Numbered from the stretch's first letter, positions 30,534 to 43,288 are shown. The stretch: 64,000 bases of DNA from Parcubacteria group bacterium (GCA_943354475.1 CALRBT010000002.1:16361-80360), one strand, 5' to 3'. Notes: a model not told the origin generated them from the sequence alone. Translations and numbers: made by a program.

Positions 30534-31094
30534 TTAATCCACGGGAACGAGAAACCCTCCCCGATAGCTGTGACCACCAACATTTCTCCTGGCCCCACAA
30601 TCTTCAACCCATTCATTACCTGAAAACCCTCCGAAGGTACCGCTAGGAGAATAATCATTACAATAAACTAACTCAAGACCACCTTCCGTCATACGAAACT
30701 CACGAGAGCCTCTACCTCCAAAGAAAAATTTTCTTGAATAAGCATTGGAGAGTGCACTCCTGACAATGGGGAGTACCGATGGTGAATACTTTTCCCCCTG
30801 ATAACTCATCACCCACAAAGGAAGTGTTTCCGTGTAGTGAGTCGCGAAGTATTGCAGTGAGATAATTGTACGTCCACCCTTCTCACCCCACTCGTCTGTA
30901 AAATACAGACCGTGCAAAGGATCAATATATTCTTCTTGATAGGTAACAACTTTCCAATCCTTAATAAGAGGGTGTGGTTTTATGTCAGGTGAATCTGATG
31001 GCCAACCCACTTTATTTTGTGCTCCAAAGAAGAAGTTCTCAACATCCTTCCCTAAACTAGGGAAGCGTCCTAGGTCAAAGGTTTCCGCTGCCAT
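30534..31094 (-). CDS. DUF5680-like protein
   Basis: W.MSY.G, L..A, RG...F, FSGNE, Y.GG pattern. Confidence 0.55.
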   Translation of the reverse strand: MAAETFDLGRFPSLGKDVENFFFGAQNKVGWPSDSPDIKPHPLIKDWKVVTYQEEYIDPLHGLYFTDEWGEKGGRTIISLQYFATHYTETLPLWVMSYQGEKYSPSVLPIVRSALSNAYSRKFFFGGRGSREFRMTEGGLELVYCNDYSPSGTFGGFSGNEWVEDCGARRNVGGHSYRGGFLVPVD

Positions 31095-31201
31095 GACGCC
31101 CTCCTTGTATCCGGTTAAAGTTTGGTCCAAGGAGAAATTTACAGTATTTATGCATCGAAAACAAGCACTCCCTTGGTTCTAAGGAACGCGCAAAACTGCG
31201 T

Positions 31202-31295
31202 GAAGTTCTAGAAACAAGGAGGCTGATTTCTGTAGACGTACTGAACGTACGGCGGAAGAAAGCGGCGACGCAGTGACAACGAAATTCGCCAAATA
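31202..31295 (+). repeat. Dispersed structured repeat family A, copy 4 (divergent)
   Basis: GAAGTTCTAG...TACTGAACGTA...ACAACGAAATTCGCCAAAT. Confidence 0.6.
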
Positions 31296-31305
31296 TGTAA
31301 GCTCG

Positions 31306-33618
31306 TTAAACGATTTCGCAGACACCTGCAACACAAGCCAACTCCTTCTTGAGATCAGTCTCATTCTGCTTCTCGTACGTTACAATCTTTGAGAAATCAA
31401 TGTGAGTAAGTTGTGCCGCCAATTCTTTGTATCGCTTCTCATCAATAGCTTCGTATGGAGCGAGTTGGTAAACATGATTCTCTCTTGGCAAAAATGAAAG
31501 TCCCCCGATAATATCCCAATTCTCATAAACCCAATTGGCTACCGCAATCCACTCATCATCTCCGACAGAAATAGTGATCGATGGGTTATGCTCAGTAAAG
31601 TTTAGTTTAACCACCTTCCAGTATTCGAGTTGTTCAATTGCACTGAGGTCATTCTTAAAGACTGAGTTATCAGGAGCTTTAATCGGGAATTCTAGAACAT
31701 ACGTTGTTGCAGCCTCCTTTGATTGCCCTACTTCTGGATGATATGGAACCCCTTGATCTCGAAGCATTTTAAAGAGTGCATCCGTTGCTGAGATTCGAAC
31801 ACGTCTAATATAAAATGGAGCATGTCTTGGGTGCATTCCTGATGCACAATCTACTGTTTGAGAGACAGTTCCTGATGGCTTCACACAGGTGACGCAAGTA
31901 GAGACGTTAATTCCAAATCGTTTTGCATACACCGCGTTTACTTTGAGTGCCTCAGCTTTGAGTTTTGCTAGAACCTTTGGATCACGAACAGCAGGACAGT
32001 CCCATTGTCCGGTAATTGAACAACCAAGGAGTCTCTCCTCTTCACAGTTCTCCTTCCAGGCTTTTGAAAGATATGGGAAATTGGTCAGTGATGACTGATA
32101 GGTTCCGAGAATTGTTGCAATCCGCATTTTCTTCAAAAGAGTTGCTTCTGTGTCTTCTTTGCGGGCAACCACCTCTGAGAGATTACAGAATTGCTTGGAC
32201 TGCAAGATAATCTCACCACAAGGATTTGTACCAATAAGTCCGGTGATCGCTCCACCTGTGCTATCAAAGTACCCCTTGAGCACTTTGAGGCGTCGTTCAG
32301 GTAATGTCTTTGCAAGAGAACCACGGTTGAAAATACCACGCTCTCCACTCTTGCTCTTCACAAGCGCCATCCACTCATCCAAGAATTCTTCGTTGGTAGG
32401 CTTTTGGAGGTACACCGCTGAGTTATTTGCAAGACTTCGCTGAGGTTCGTTAACGTAGAACTGCCCTTTCTTTGAATCTCTAATCTCTGCATCATCAAGG
32501 TCAGAAAGTGAAATCATTGCACTACGCCTCACACCACCAGAGACGACACAATCACCTACCATACAAATAATATCGTGCACGTCGAGATTGGTGAGACGCT
32601 TTCCTTGCCTTTTCAATATTTTCTCTCGGGTAAACGCAAGGAGTCTTCGGAGCGGATCAGGCCCTGAGCTTTTTCCACCCATCGTTTTGAGACGTGCTCC
32701 TGCTGGACGAAGTCCTGAGAAGTCAAATTCCATATCTCTCCCCTCACTCCACTCTTTAGTGCCGAGAATAAATGCTTCGCACCATCCTTCTTTACTATCC
32801 CCAACAACATGAGTAGATATCTTTTTACCAGTCTGTGGAATAATTTGAGGGAATCTTTGAACATTCTGACTCTCAACTGACCATCCTACCCCTGTTCCAC
32901 ACATAGAAATGTACATAACCTCCGCAATATCTCTAAAACTCTCCGGGGCAAGGTAGGAACAGTTGTAAGCACAGACATTAGTTGCCCTCGCGGCCGCACC
33001 AGAGAACTGCATCAAACGCATAGAAGGAAGTGCTTCTTGTTTCAAAATAGCTTCTCTTACTTCATTGTATTCAGACTCTTTGAGTTTTGATCCCAAATTT
33101 TCCTTCATGAAATCAACGTAACGATCGACTGTCTCAATCCAAGTCTCTCGCCTTCCCTCTGCTTCAATCCATTTTGAGTAACTTCGATAATAGACAAACT
33201 CGCCAAGTGGATTTCTGAAATATTTTTTACTCTCAGAAGCGAGCTTTCGTACTTTCTCTGGCACTACCACACCCTTACTTCGGAGCTCAGAGCGCTTCTG
33301 TCTATAGAGGATATATGCTTTGGCTGTTTTTACATGTTCACTCAAAATAAGCTCCTTCTCAATAGTATCCTGCAGACCCTCAACTGTTGGAACAAAGTTG
33401 GTATACTTTTTAGAAATCCTTAGAACATCTGCGTAAACTGAATTGGCGACCAATGCAGCCTCCTCGACAGACCCTTCACTTGCAGCCAGCATAGCCTTAT
33501 GGACTGCAGTAACGATTTTAGAGAGATCAAATGACACCACAGACCCGTCACGTTTCTGTATATTCTTTACATAAGCACTTGGAGCTTTTGACATCACGGG
33601 TTTGGTTATGGTTGCCAT
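31306..33618 (-). CDS. nrdJ: Class II (adenosylcobalamin) ribonucleotide reductase with ATP cone
   Basis: N-terminal ATP cone (KRDG), TNPCGE, VKPSGT, C-terminal CVAGVCE; no beta subunit adjacent. Confidence 0.88.
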   Translation of the reverse strand: MATITKPVMSKAPSAYVKNIQKRDGSVVSFDLSKIVTAVHKAMLAASEGSVEEAALVANSVYADVLRISKKYTNFVPTVEGLQDTIEKELILSEHVKTAKAYILYRQKRSELRSKGVVVPEKVRKLASESKKYFRNPLGEFVYYRSYSKWIEAEGRRETWIETVDRYVDFMKENLGSKLKESEYNEVREAILKQEALPSMRLMQFSGAAARATNVCAYNCSYLAPESFRDIAEVMYISMCGTGVGWSVESQNVQRFPQIIPQTGKKISTHVVGDSKEGWCEAFILGTKEWSEGRDMEFDFSGLRPAGARLKTMGGKSSGPDPLRRLLAFTREKILKRQGKRLTNLDVHDIICMVGDCVVSGGVRRSAMISLSDLDDAEIRDSKKGQFYVNEPQRSLANNSAVYLQKPTNEEFLDEWMALVKSKSGERGIFNRGSLAKTLPERRLKVLKGYFDSTGGAITGLIGTNPCGEIILQSKQFCNLSEVVARKEDTEATLLKKMRIATILGTYQSSLTNFPYLSKAWKENCEEERLLGCSITGQWDCPAVRDPKVLAKLKAEALKVNAVYAKRFGINVSTCVTCVKPSGTVSQTVDCASGMHPRHAPFYIRRVRISATDALFKMLRDQGVPYHPEVGQSKEAATTYVLEFPIKAPDNSVFKNDLSAIEQLEYWKVVKLNFTEHNPSITISVGDDEWIAVANWVYENWDIIGGLSFLPRENHVYQLAPYEAIDEKRYKELAAQLTHIDFSKIVTYEKQNETDLKKELACVAGVCEIV

Positions 33619-33870
33619 ACAATATATCTATTATTAATTAAAATGACGTTTTATTTGAACTTTAAACTAAAATAGGGACACAAGAGACCCAAGGTGGTAC
33701 TAGATACACCTACATTGATATTCTACTGCAATGGGAAACATGCAGGGAGTGGATAAGTACAAAAAGTACTGCCACAGAACAAAAGAAAGTTGGTGTAAAG
33801 ACAACTTTTTTGATACTTCAAAAATGTCTCACAAATAAAAGATATTTTGGTTATCTTTTTTTAAAAAAAA

Positions 33871-34362
33871 TTAAAACTCTAAAAATTCGCCAAGTTTGAT
33901 CTTATGTGCATCTATAAAACCAGCCGGTAATTCGAGTACATATTTTGCTTTTTGTTTTGGATAAGAGATTTTTGGGTAGGTTGAGGTTGCCCAGTTTGAA
34001 ATAGAGTCAATGATTTGTTTGTTTTCATCAATCCAGAGGATATCAATCGGAAACTTCATGTCTTTCATCCAGAAACCGTGATTAGCAGTCTCATCAAAAA
34101 CAAATAACATGCCACCTCCTTCTACCAATTCTCTCCGACCAGAAAGACCCAGCTCTCTCTTGGTCTGTGTATCGGCAATATCAGCAATTATTTCCGCATT
34201 CTGGAATTTGATAGCAACTTTTTGATAAATAAGAGTAGAATCTACTGTTTTCTTTTCTGTATTTGGGGTGAGGCCTGCCATAACAATGATAAGTAAGAAA
34301 CAAGCAAAGATTATCGATATGGAGAGACACCAAAAAACAGCTTTTCTAAATAAAGTGCTCAT
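33871..34362 (-). CDS. DUF192 family protein
   Basis: GLSGR, GMLFVF, FWMKDMKFPIDI, VLELPAG. Confidence 0.9.
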   Translation of the reverse strand: MSTLFRKAVFWCLSISIIFACFLLIIVMAGLTPNTEKKTVDSTLIYQKVAIKFQNAEIIADIADTQTKRELGLSGRRELVEGGGMLFVFDETANHGFWMKDMKFPIDILWIDENKQIIDSISNWATSTYPKISYPKQKAKYVLELPAGFIDAHKIKLGEFLEF

Positions 34363-34453
34363 TCTATTTATTTACTTATCAACACCCTCCTGCACAATCC
34401 ATCAAAATATCCGCGAAAATCTTAAAGAAGCTAGGGAGTTTAGATAGAAAGGA

Positions 34454-35119
34454 TTAACATCCTTTCTGTGTAGCATATACACCACCAGAAGTCATATAAA
34501 TTGATTTAGTAGTGCCTCCAGCAGTGCTAGGGTCGGGGTCAGTACAATTTCCACTCGCCGTTATTGGCAATCCACAACGTGTTGCTTGCCCTGATGCATT
34601 GAGATTTTGATTGATCAAGCTTGTGGCAAAATTTTTCATATTTTCAGGATTTAAGTACGACATAAGACAGTAGTCCTTTCCGTCAGATCGATACAAGTAG
34701 CCACCAGAACCACTTATTGATTTTGGATCTCTTGGGATAGTAGGTAAATATTTCTTTGTAATAAGCGCGCTACTATTGAGATTCGTTGCTGTCGTATTCA
34801 CTGGATCTACTGCAATAACATTATCAGTAAGGTATGCTGCGGTAGTGCAGTCGAAACACACGAAGCTAAGAGCCCCACTACTGTTTACTGCTCTTGGATA
34901 CTGTCCAGCATCATTTCGATATTGATCTAGAGCGGTTCGTATCTCTCGAAGAGTTGTAACTCTAGCAAGGTCTCGAGACCTTACCCTTGCTGAATTAAGT
35001 GGTGCTAGAACGATAGCTGATAGCAAACTAATGATTGCAATGACCATGAGGAGTTCTATCAGAGTAAACCCTCTTTTATCCCCTGAGTTAGGCTGTTGTG
35101 ATTTTAAAAATACTTTCAT
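34454..35119 (-). CDS. Type IV pilin / GspG-like protein
   Basis: RGFTLIELLMVIAII prepilin motif. Confidence 0.9.
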   Translation of the reverse strand: MKVFLKSQQPNSGDKRGFTLIELLMVIAIISLLSAIVLAPLNSARVRSRDLARVTTLREIRTALDQYRNDAGQYPRAVNSSGALSFVCFDCTTAAYLTDNVIAVDPVNTTATNLNSSALITKKYLPTIPRDPKSISGSGGYLYRSDGKDYCLMSYLNPENMKNFATSLINQNLNASGQATRCGLPITASGNCTDPDPSTAGGTTKSIYMTSGGVYATQKGC

Positions 35120-35141
35120 GGTACACTATTTATTTTAAATA

Positions 35142-35423
35142 TTAAGTTGTTATTAGAGAACTAATCGCTATTGGAAAATCAACTTCCTCGTTTTGAAAAA
35201 TATTACCAATTCCCGAGTTAATCCAGAAAACAACCCCTGCTAAAATAAATATTACTACAGTGGCGATAAGAATAACCGTTTTCGCTTGCTCTTCGTTACT
35301 AACGATACGGTGCCTCAAAAGCCACCCTATCATTCCCCCCCCACTAATAGTTTGCGCCTCCGTAATCGCAATCGAAGCATTTCGCTGTCGGTCATCGTCA
35401 AAAGATACTCCTTGAAATGGCAT
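35142..35423 (-). CDS. Hypothetical membrane protein
   Basis: ORF with TM helix. Confidence 0.6.
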   Translation of the reverse strand: MPFQGVSFDDDRQRNASIAITEAQTISGGGMIGWLLRHRIVSNEEQAKTVILIATVVIFILAGVVFWINSGIGNIFQNEEVDFPIAISSLITT

Positions 35424-35535
35424 AGTGTTCTTAGTATAGCCTGGCTGGATATTTTTAGAAAGTCTCTCTGTTAATAACTAAATGACGCAATCGGTGTGGA
35501 AAACGGCTTCTTTAAAATTTAGTATACTGTGATAA

Positions 35536-36501
35536 ATGAAGTTGTCTTTCAAACATATCTCCATCTTTCTGTTATCAATAGGTGTCCTAGCGTTATTTGG
35601 CTATGTCGCGACCAACTCTGGCAAACTTCCTCCCTACATACAAAACTTGGAAGACTCTGCCGCATCTGTTTTCTTTACTGAGAGTTCAAACCCAGTGACC
35701 TTGAAGAATAAGTATGATGCTGTGGCCAAAACAGGCAAGAAAGTGAAGATTTTGATTGTTCCAGGTCACGAACCAAAATCAGGAGGTGCTTTGTACAAAA
35801 ACCTAAAGGAGCGTGACATGACGGTTGATCTCGCCTTAAAAATGGCAGAACTATTCAACAAAGACCCACACTATGAAGTAGTCTTGACGAGAGGAAAGGA
35901 AAGTTGGAACCCCGACTTTGAAAATTACTTTACTACCCACCAAAGTGCTATCGAGGAATTCATCAAAACCAAAAAAGCCGAAATGAACAGGCTCGTGGAT
36001 ACAGGGGCTGTTACCAAAGTAGCCGATGGTATTGAGCACGTTAACGCAACACCTGATGTCGCCAGACGTCTGTACGGAATCAACAAGTGGGCAAATGAAA
36101 ATGGTGTCGACATGCTTATCCATATCCACTTTAGTGAATATCCCAGGCCTAAACAAAAAAGTCCAGGCAAATGGACCGGTTTTGTCCTCTATATTCCCGA
36201 TGCCCAATACTCAAATGGTGAAGTAACCAATTCAATTGCCAACTATATGCTCTTCCGCCTCGCCTCAGTCTTTCCCATAAGCAACCTTCCAAAAGAAAGT
36301 TCTGGAATTGTAAAGGAGCAAGATTTGATTGCAATTGGATCATTTAACACACTGGATAGTCCAAGTGTTCTGGTTGAATACGGCTACATTTACGATGAAC
36401 TCTTTGCTACAGAAACAAAGCGAGAGACGACATTTAATGGTATGGCCAAGCAGACCTTTCTTGGGATACAAGATTTCTTCGCTGCCAAAATAGCGCAGTA
36501 A
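35536..36501 (+). CDS. N-acetylmuramoyl-L-alanine amidase (Amidase_3)
   Basis: VPGHE, ERDM, IHIHF, LVEYGYI. Confidence 0.85.
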   Translation: MKLSFKHISIFLLSIGVLALFGYVATNSGKLPPYIQNLEDSAASVFFTESSNPVTLKNKYDAVAKTGKKVKILIVPGHEPKSGGALYKNLKERDMTVDLALKMAELFNKDPHYEVVLTRGKESWNPDFENYFTTHQSAIEEFIKTKKAEMNRLVDTGAVTKVADGIEHVNATPDVARRLYGINKWANENGVDMLIHIHFSEYPRPKQKSPGKWTGFVLYIPDAQYSNGEVTNSIANYMLFRLASVFPISNLPKESSGIVKEQDLIAIGSFNTLDSPSVLVEYGYIYDELFATETKRETTFNGMAKQTFLGIQDFFAAKIAQ

Positions 36502-36520
36502 ACTGACTAGCTAAATTTTA

Positions 36521-36868
36521 CTAATAGTTATCAAGCGCCTCTATCATCTTATCTATTGCTTCAATTCTCTGATCTTCTGGTAGATCACAAATATCATTGA
36601 AGAGTGGCTCAACTATTGAAGAGGGAGCGGTGTTTCCCTTAAAGAAATTGAAACTGAGACCTTTCTGACTAAGCCTGAGGTCAATTTGTTTCAAAATTTC
36701 CGCTTCTTCTGGCTTACCTAGTTGATACAAACTCCTCAAGAATAGTCCTGCCTTATTTGTACGATCAATAACGGTGGGGTCCGTAAAGAGGTCGGTTAGT
36801 CCAACCAATTCTTTTCCCGCGGACTCACTTTTAGAATATCTACTCCCTGAATTCATTGGTCCCTCCAT
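36521..36868 (-). CDS. Hypothetical protein (start uncertain)
   Basis: C-terminal part of the 165-aa ORF, from MEGPM. Confidence 0.45.
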   Translation of the reverse strand: MEGPMNSGSRYSKSESAGKELVGLTDLFTDPTVIDRTNKAGLFLRSLYQLGKPEEAEILKQIDLRLSQKGLSFNFFKGNTAPSSIVEPLFNDICDLPEDQRIEAIDKMIEALDNY

Positions 36869-37047
36869 AGATTTTAAACTAAATAATAATGACCTTATTT
36901 TAACATGGGTCTTGATAGTCTGTCCAGCATTGGCTGAACAGGAACAGATTTCTTCGCCATAACAAACCCCAACACAGTTGTTACTGGAAGACACTCGAGT
37001 GAGTGCGTCCACCAACAACTATATACCCAAATAAATTGTCTGTAAAA

Positions 37048-37950
37048 CTATTTTCCTTCGCGCAATAGTCTAATGCGATCTTCAACCGGTGGATGTGTTG
37101 CAAACAGGCCACCGATACGTGCTCCAATACCACGCTTGCTCTCCCCTCCTGTTGGATCTGCAATAAAGAGATGTGCGGTTGCATTACTTTGTTTTTGCAT
37201 CGGAATACCAGCCTTGGCAATTTTGGAAAGTGCAGAAGCTAAGCCTTCTGGGTAACGAGTGAGGAGCGCACCTGACGCGTCTGCCAAATATTCTCGTTTG
37301 CGTGAGATTGCAAGTTTGATGAGCTGGGCTGCAATCGGAGCGAGGATGGAACCTGCAATAGCCATAACAATCACGATCGGGCCGAGCTTGCTATCATTAT
37401 CCCTCCCTCCCCCAAACATTGACGCACGCAAGAACATATCGGCAACGATTGCTACAAATCCAGCCAGCACCACTGCAACGGTCATTACTAACATATCGCG
37501 ATTACCAACATGCGATAGTTCGTGGGCGATCACTCCCTCGAGCTCTGTTTTATCGAGAATCGCGAGGAGTCCTGTAGTGACCGCGACCACTGCATGCTTT
37601 GGATCACGTCCTGTAGCGAAAGCGTTTGGTGATGGATCTTCGATAATGTAAATCTTGGGTATTGGCAGTCCCGCGGTAATCGAGAGGTTCTCGACAATAC
37701 GATAGAGCTCTGGATTGTCTTTTAGCTCTGTTGGATGCGCACCGGTCATGCTAATCACGAGCTTGTCTGAAAACCAATAACTTCCAACGTTCATCAAGAG
37801 CGCAAAGCCAACAGCAATGTAGAGGATGAATGGGTTTCCCATGTACAAACTAATCGCCCAGCCGATAGCAACAACCACCATGAGGAAAACCCCCATCAGT
37901 AGATAGGTCTTGGTAACATTTTCTGATTGATGGGTATAGAGGGTGGCCAT
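37048..37950 (-). CDS. htpX: Zinc metalloprotease HtpX
   Basis: PNAFATG, HELSH, SRKREYLAD, THPP. Confidence 0.95.
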   Translation of the reverse strand: MATLYTHQSENVTKTYLLMGVFLMVVVAIGWAISLYMGNPFILYIAVGFALLMNVGSYWFSDKLVISMTGAHPTELKDNPELYRIVENLSITAGLPIPKIYIIEDPSPNAFATGRDPKHAVVAVTTGLLAILDKTELEGVIAHELSHVGNRDMLVMTVAVVLAGFVAIVADMFLRASMFGGGRDNDSKLGPIVIVMAIAGSILAPIAAQLIKLAISRKREYLADASGALLTRYPEGLASALSKIAKAGIPMQKQSNATAHLFIADPTGGESKRGIGARIGGLFATHPPVEDRIRLLREGK

Positions 37951-38062
37951 TTTGAATAAGAGTTAGGAAGTAAGAATCAAGAATTAAGAGGAAGCAACCA
38001 GAAACCACTAAAATTAATTTAGAATTCCGTTAGTTACAAACCTCTAACCTAAACGCTAAACC

Positions 38063-38704
38063 CTAGAAACTAACTTTCACTGGTTCTTTGGCGGCGCTAT
38101 CAGCCTCGGTAAGTTCAAAGAAGTCCATCTTGGCGAAGTTGAAGATTCCGGCGAGCATGTTTCCAGGAAATACTTGGAGTGCGGTGTTGAGGTCTCGTAC
38201 ATTACCATTGTAGAAACGGCGAGCTGCTTGAATTTTATTCTCAGTATCTGAAAGCTCCGCTTGAAGTGAAAGGAAGTTCTGGTTGGCTTTGAGGTCTGGG
38301 TACGCCTCGGAAACGGCAAAGAGAGATTTGAGTGTTCCTGAGAGCATATTCTCGGCTTCTGCTTTCTGTGCAGTCGTACCAGTACTTTCCGCTTGCATAG
38401 CTTGGGCGCGAGCCTGCGTCACTTTGTCGAAGGTTGCACTCTCGTGAGCCGCGTATCCCTTGACCGTGCTGACAAGATTTGGAATCAAATCGTAGCGGCG
38501 TTTGAGCTGAACATCAATGTCAGCCCAAGCTTCTTTAGTTTGATTAACCAAGCGGATAAAGCTGTTGTACATCGAGATGAGCCAGAAGACTACTACAACG
38601 CCAATAGCAATCAGATTCAAACGCCAGTCGACTAAGTCAAAGAAACCGCTGGCGATAAGCAGGAGGACGAGGCCACCAAAAATCATGTTCCAAAAATTAG
38701 TCAT
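38063..38704 (-). CDS. lemA: LemA family protein
   Basis: DVQLKRRYDLIPNLV, EAYPDLKAN, ARRFYN. Confidence 0.95.
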   Translation of the reverse strand: MTNFWNMIFGGLVLLLIASGFFDLVDWRLNLIAIGVVVVFWLISMYNSFIRLVNQTKEAWADIDVQLKRRYDLIPNLVSTVKGYAAHESATFDKVTQARAQAMQAESTGTTAQKAEAENMLSGTLKSLFAVSEAYPDLKANQNFLSLQAELSDTENKIQAARRFYNGNVRDLNTALQVFPGNMLAGIFNFAKMDFFELTEADSAAKEPVKVSF

Positions 38705-39086
38705 AAATATTGTAAAGATTAATTCAATTAAAGTAGTATAGGTAAATTATGACATAAAGGATTTTAAAGGCAAGGTCTATCCTCTATCCTGAAAAATATT
38801 GACGGATCAGCCTTGATGGTGTTTTATATGCTGAGTAAAACGTTTTTGGGAGGATAACGTGAGTCAGAAAATGATAGGAAATATCATTCTATTCCTAGGT
38901 TCAATAATTCTGATTATTTTCGTGATACTACTGGATACCCTGTTCGCAGAAAAAACAGGACAACATGTCGTATTCACGTTTTTGAATATAAACTAGCGGA
39001 CAACCCGCTCTTAAGTTGCCAATCTCACCAGCAAAAAAGACCGTTTGGAGGACGGTCTTTTGCATTTTAGCACCACAGATCGATTT

Positions 39087-39392
39087 CTATTTTTTTACTG
39101 CAGGTGTCGGAGTAGATGCTGAAACACCCAGCATTTCTCCAACCGCATCGAGCTCTTGTTCAATGGTTAACTCTGGCGCTGGAGTAGCTGGGATAACAGT
39201 GGTCATCTCAATAACCGTCGCTGAATTCTGTCGCATCATCTCGTTGGGAACCATCATTCTTAGACTTAGTGGATTATCAAAAGAGCTGGCGATAAAGACA
39301 ATTGCCATTGTAAACATCGCTGCGCAAGAAATAAAAACTGCGTCGTCGTTGTCGAGGTGGGCACCAGAAGTAGCTCGAGAAGTTGGCTCCAT
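39087..39392 (-). CDS. Hypothetical membrane protein
   Basis: ORF downstream of groEL. Confidence 0.45.
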   Translation of the reverse strand: MEPTSRATSGAHLDNDDAVFISCAAMFTMAIVFIASSFDNPLSLRMMVPNEMMRQNSATVIEMTTVIPATPAPELTIEQELDAVGEMLGVSASTPTPAVKK

Positions 39393-39523
39393 AAATTTAC
39401 ATTAAAAAATAATTACTTAAAGTATAGCAGGTTGTGAATTCCAATTCCAAAGACTTATCAACACACCCCCGCAAGCGAAGCTTGCGGGGGTGTGTTGATT
39501 TTTCTATTGACGTCCTCCGATTC

Positions 39524-41335
<1,812 letters not shown>

Positions 41336-41336
<1 letters not shown>

Positions 41337-41740
41337 TAGTTAAGAATTGCTAAAATGTTCTCCTCTTTAAGAATATAATATTCTTTCCCGTCCTGTTTGA
41401 GTTCTTCGTAGCTATACTTGGAGAAGACAACCTTATCCCCTGCTTTGACCTTGAGTGGAACTACTTCTCCGTCTTCTGTATACCAACCTTCTCCGACTGC
41501 TACAACAATTCCACGGTCTGATTTTTCCTTATCAACAGTATCCGGAATAATGAGTCCAAACGACGTTGTATTTTCATCTACCTCAAGGAGACGAACGAGT
41601 ACCCGATCTCGAAGTGGAGTGATTCCTGATTTATTTACCGTACTACTGGTAGCGGTAGTTACCGGTTTTTTTAAAACTTTTTTTGAAACAGTAGATTTTG
41701 GCTTTGCCTTTGGTTTTTGCTTTTTGACAGTTTTTTTCAT
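41336..41740 (-). CDS. groS: Co-chaperonin GroES with Lys-rich N-terminal extension
   Basis: PLRDRVLV, AVGEG, VKAGDKV. Confidence 0.93.
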
Positions 41741-41883
41741 ATGTCTTTAGAATTAGCTGTTAAGTTAAGCTGTAACGAGCCTCTGTAAAGAGGCTGTTTT
41801 GTGTGCACAGTATAGAGAATAGATAGAGAGACTGTCAACGAGCCTCTGCAAGTTGGGCGCCCGTATCCTCGGGCGCCCACCAT

Positions 41884-42360
41884 TTAACCTCTGTCAGCCA
41901 TCTGCACAGCCTTGATCAAGGTATCTCTAAGGGTGTGTTTAATCGGAACCTTAAACTTTTTTGCCAAAAGATCGAGGTATTTCATTTTAGGCGCACCTAC
42001 CGGATACCCAAGGATGATTTTCCCCGACCTGACATAAAGTCCAAATTCCACATTCGTGGTAAATCCAGGCAAATAGTTGAGATCTCGCGGAATCCAAAAA
42101 GCAATGCAAGTCGCCCCTTCCAGGTATTTAAGTTCCCAAGACACCTGAGCATCATACTCTGGCGACCAGTTACCATCACGAGGCAAAGGAACGTAAACAA
42201 TACCTGTAAAACCAATCTCCTTAAGAGTATCGACTGCTCCAGGTCTCCAATTTATATCTTCAGCAGACCTTGGACTTGGTCCTGCCAGAAAAATTCCTCG
42301 TTCTCCTTTTGCAGATTCAGGAGGACATTCGTGGGCATATACGACATGCATTTTAGACAC
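41884..42360 (-). CDS. Nucleoside 2-deoxyribosyltransferase-like protein
   Basis: IFLAGP, WR, QVSWE, FWIPR, TTNVEFG. Confidence 0.8.
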   Translation of the reverse strand: MSKMHVVYAHECPPESAKGERGIFLAGPSPRSAEDINWRPGAVDTLKEIGFTGIVYVPLPRDGNWSPEYDAQVSWELKYLEGATCIAFWIPRDLNYLPGFTTNVEFGLYVRSGKIILGYPVGAPKMKYLDLLAKKFKVPIKHTLRDTLIKAVQMADRG

Positions 42361-42494
42361 TCCCTTATGTTTTCCTTCTGTCTTTATTTAACAGTAAAGC
42401 AGTCAAAAAGTCACGCTGATGTAATTAACGCAAAAACAGAAACACCCGACCGAAGCCGGGGCTCCGTCGGGTGATGGATTCTTGTACTCCTTAC

Positions 42495-43151
42495 TTAATA
42501 GTATATGGTGAAATCCCCTGGTTTCCCGTAACGCGAGTAGGTCAGGGTGACTTTGACAGTACGCCCATCCACCTCCGCCTCAAGTTCCAATGTTCCAGAA
42601 TCGTTATTCAAGACGTGCGCAATGAACCGTGCGAACGCTGACTTTGTGCATTCAGCGGTTAGTTCAACTCTGGCAAACCCAGGCGAATCAGTCCCCGAAA
42701 TAGATATTGGTATTTTGTGATCAGAAACATCTGGAAACTTTTCAGCAAAAAGCCTGAGTGTTCTTTGAAGGTCAATAGTGACAACTTGATAGACAGCTTT
42801 CCTGAGTTCTCCTTCTCCGACAGCGCCATCAGTTGAATCTCCTTGATCAACCGGGGCTTCTGCCGGCTGACCTTGTTCAGACTCCAGTGGCGGAAGCTCC
42901 ATGCCAAGATAAAGACCGTAATGTGAGAGAAAATCGATAATTCCGTTCAGTGTACCCCTTCCAAGACCGGGTCGGGCGAGTAGTTTTTTCTCGGTCATCC
43001 CCAATAATTGGCGAACTGTGGCGATCTCTTCGAATGAACCTGTGTCTGTCGACATTTTCTTGAGACAGTTAGCGGTCCGAGCGTCAAGTCCTAACTCAGA
43101 AATTGGTAGGTCAAGAATTGAAAAATCAGGTTCCTTAGGTGTTGCGTTCAT
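42495..43151 (-). CDS. Orphan RNA polymerase alpha-CTD domain protein with unknown C-terminal domain
   Basis: LDLPISELGLDARTANCL...IATVRQLL..TEKKLLARPGLGRGTLNGI...GLYLGM; GGAGG RBS before ATG 43151. Confidence 0.8.
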   Translation of the reverse strand: MNATPKEPDFSILDLPISELGLDARTANCLKKMSTDTGSFEEIATVRQLLGMTEKKLLARPGLGRGTLNGIIDFLSHYGLYLGMELPPLESEQGQPAEAPVDQGDSTDGAVGEGELRKAVYQVVTIDLQRTLRLFAEKFPDVSDHKIPISISGTDSPGFARVELTAECTKSAFARFIAHVLNNDSGTLELEAEVDGRTVKVTLTYSRYGKPGDFTIYY

Positions 43152-43188
43152 TATATTGGCCTCCAGCCAAATTGATTGCACCGACCAC

Positions 43189-43217
43189 ACAATAAACTGT
43201 TAGTTACATTATGTCAA
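43189..43217 (-). promoter_or_regulatory. sigma70 promoter of the alpha-CTD gene
   Basis: TTGACA-17 bp-TATTGT. Confidence 0.7.
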
Positions 43218-43253
43218 CAAGCTACATCTAGAACCTAGGGGGTGGGCTCGGAT

Positions 43254-43288
43254 AAAAAGAAACGCCGCGCACCCTGGGGTGCGCGGCG
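43254..43288 (-). terminator. Intrinsic terminator closing the guide array
   Basis: CGCCGCGCACCC/GGGTGCGCGGCG stem followed by TTTCTTTTT on the minus strand. Confidence 0.85.

Noticed and set aside
33619-33870. NrdR boxes, cobalamin riboswitch or replication origin upstream of nrdJ
   Set aside because: No convincing consensus, and only one isolated DnaA-box-like GTGGATAA.
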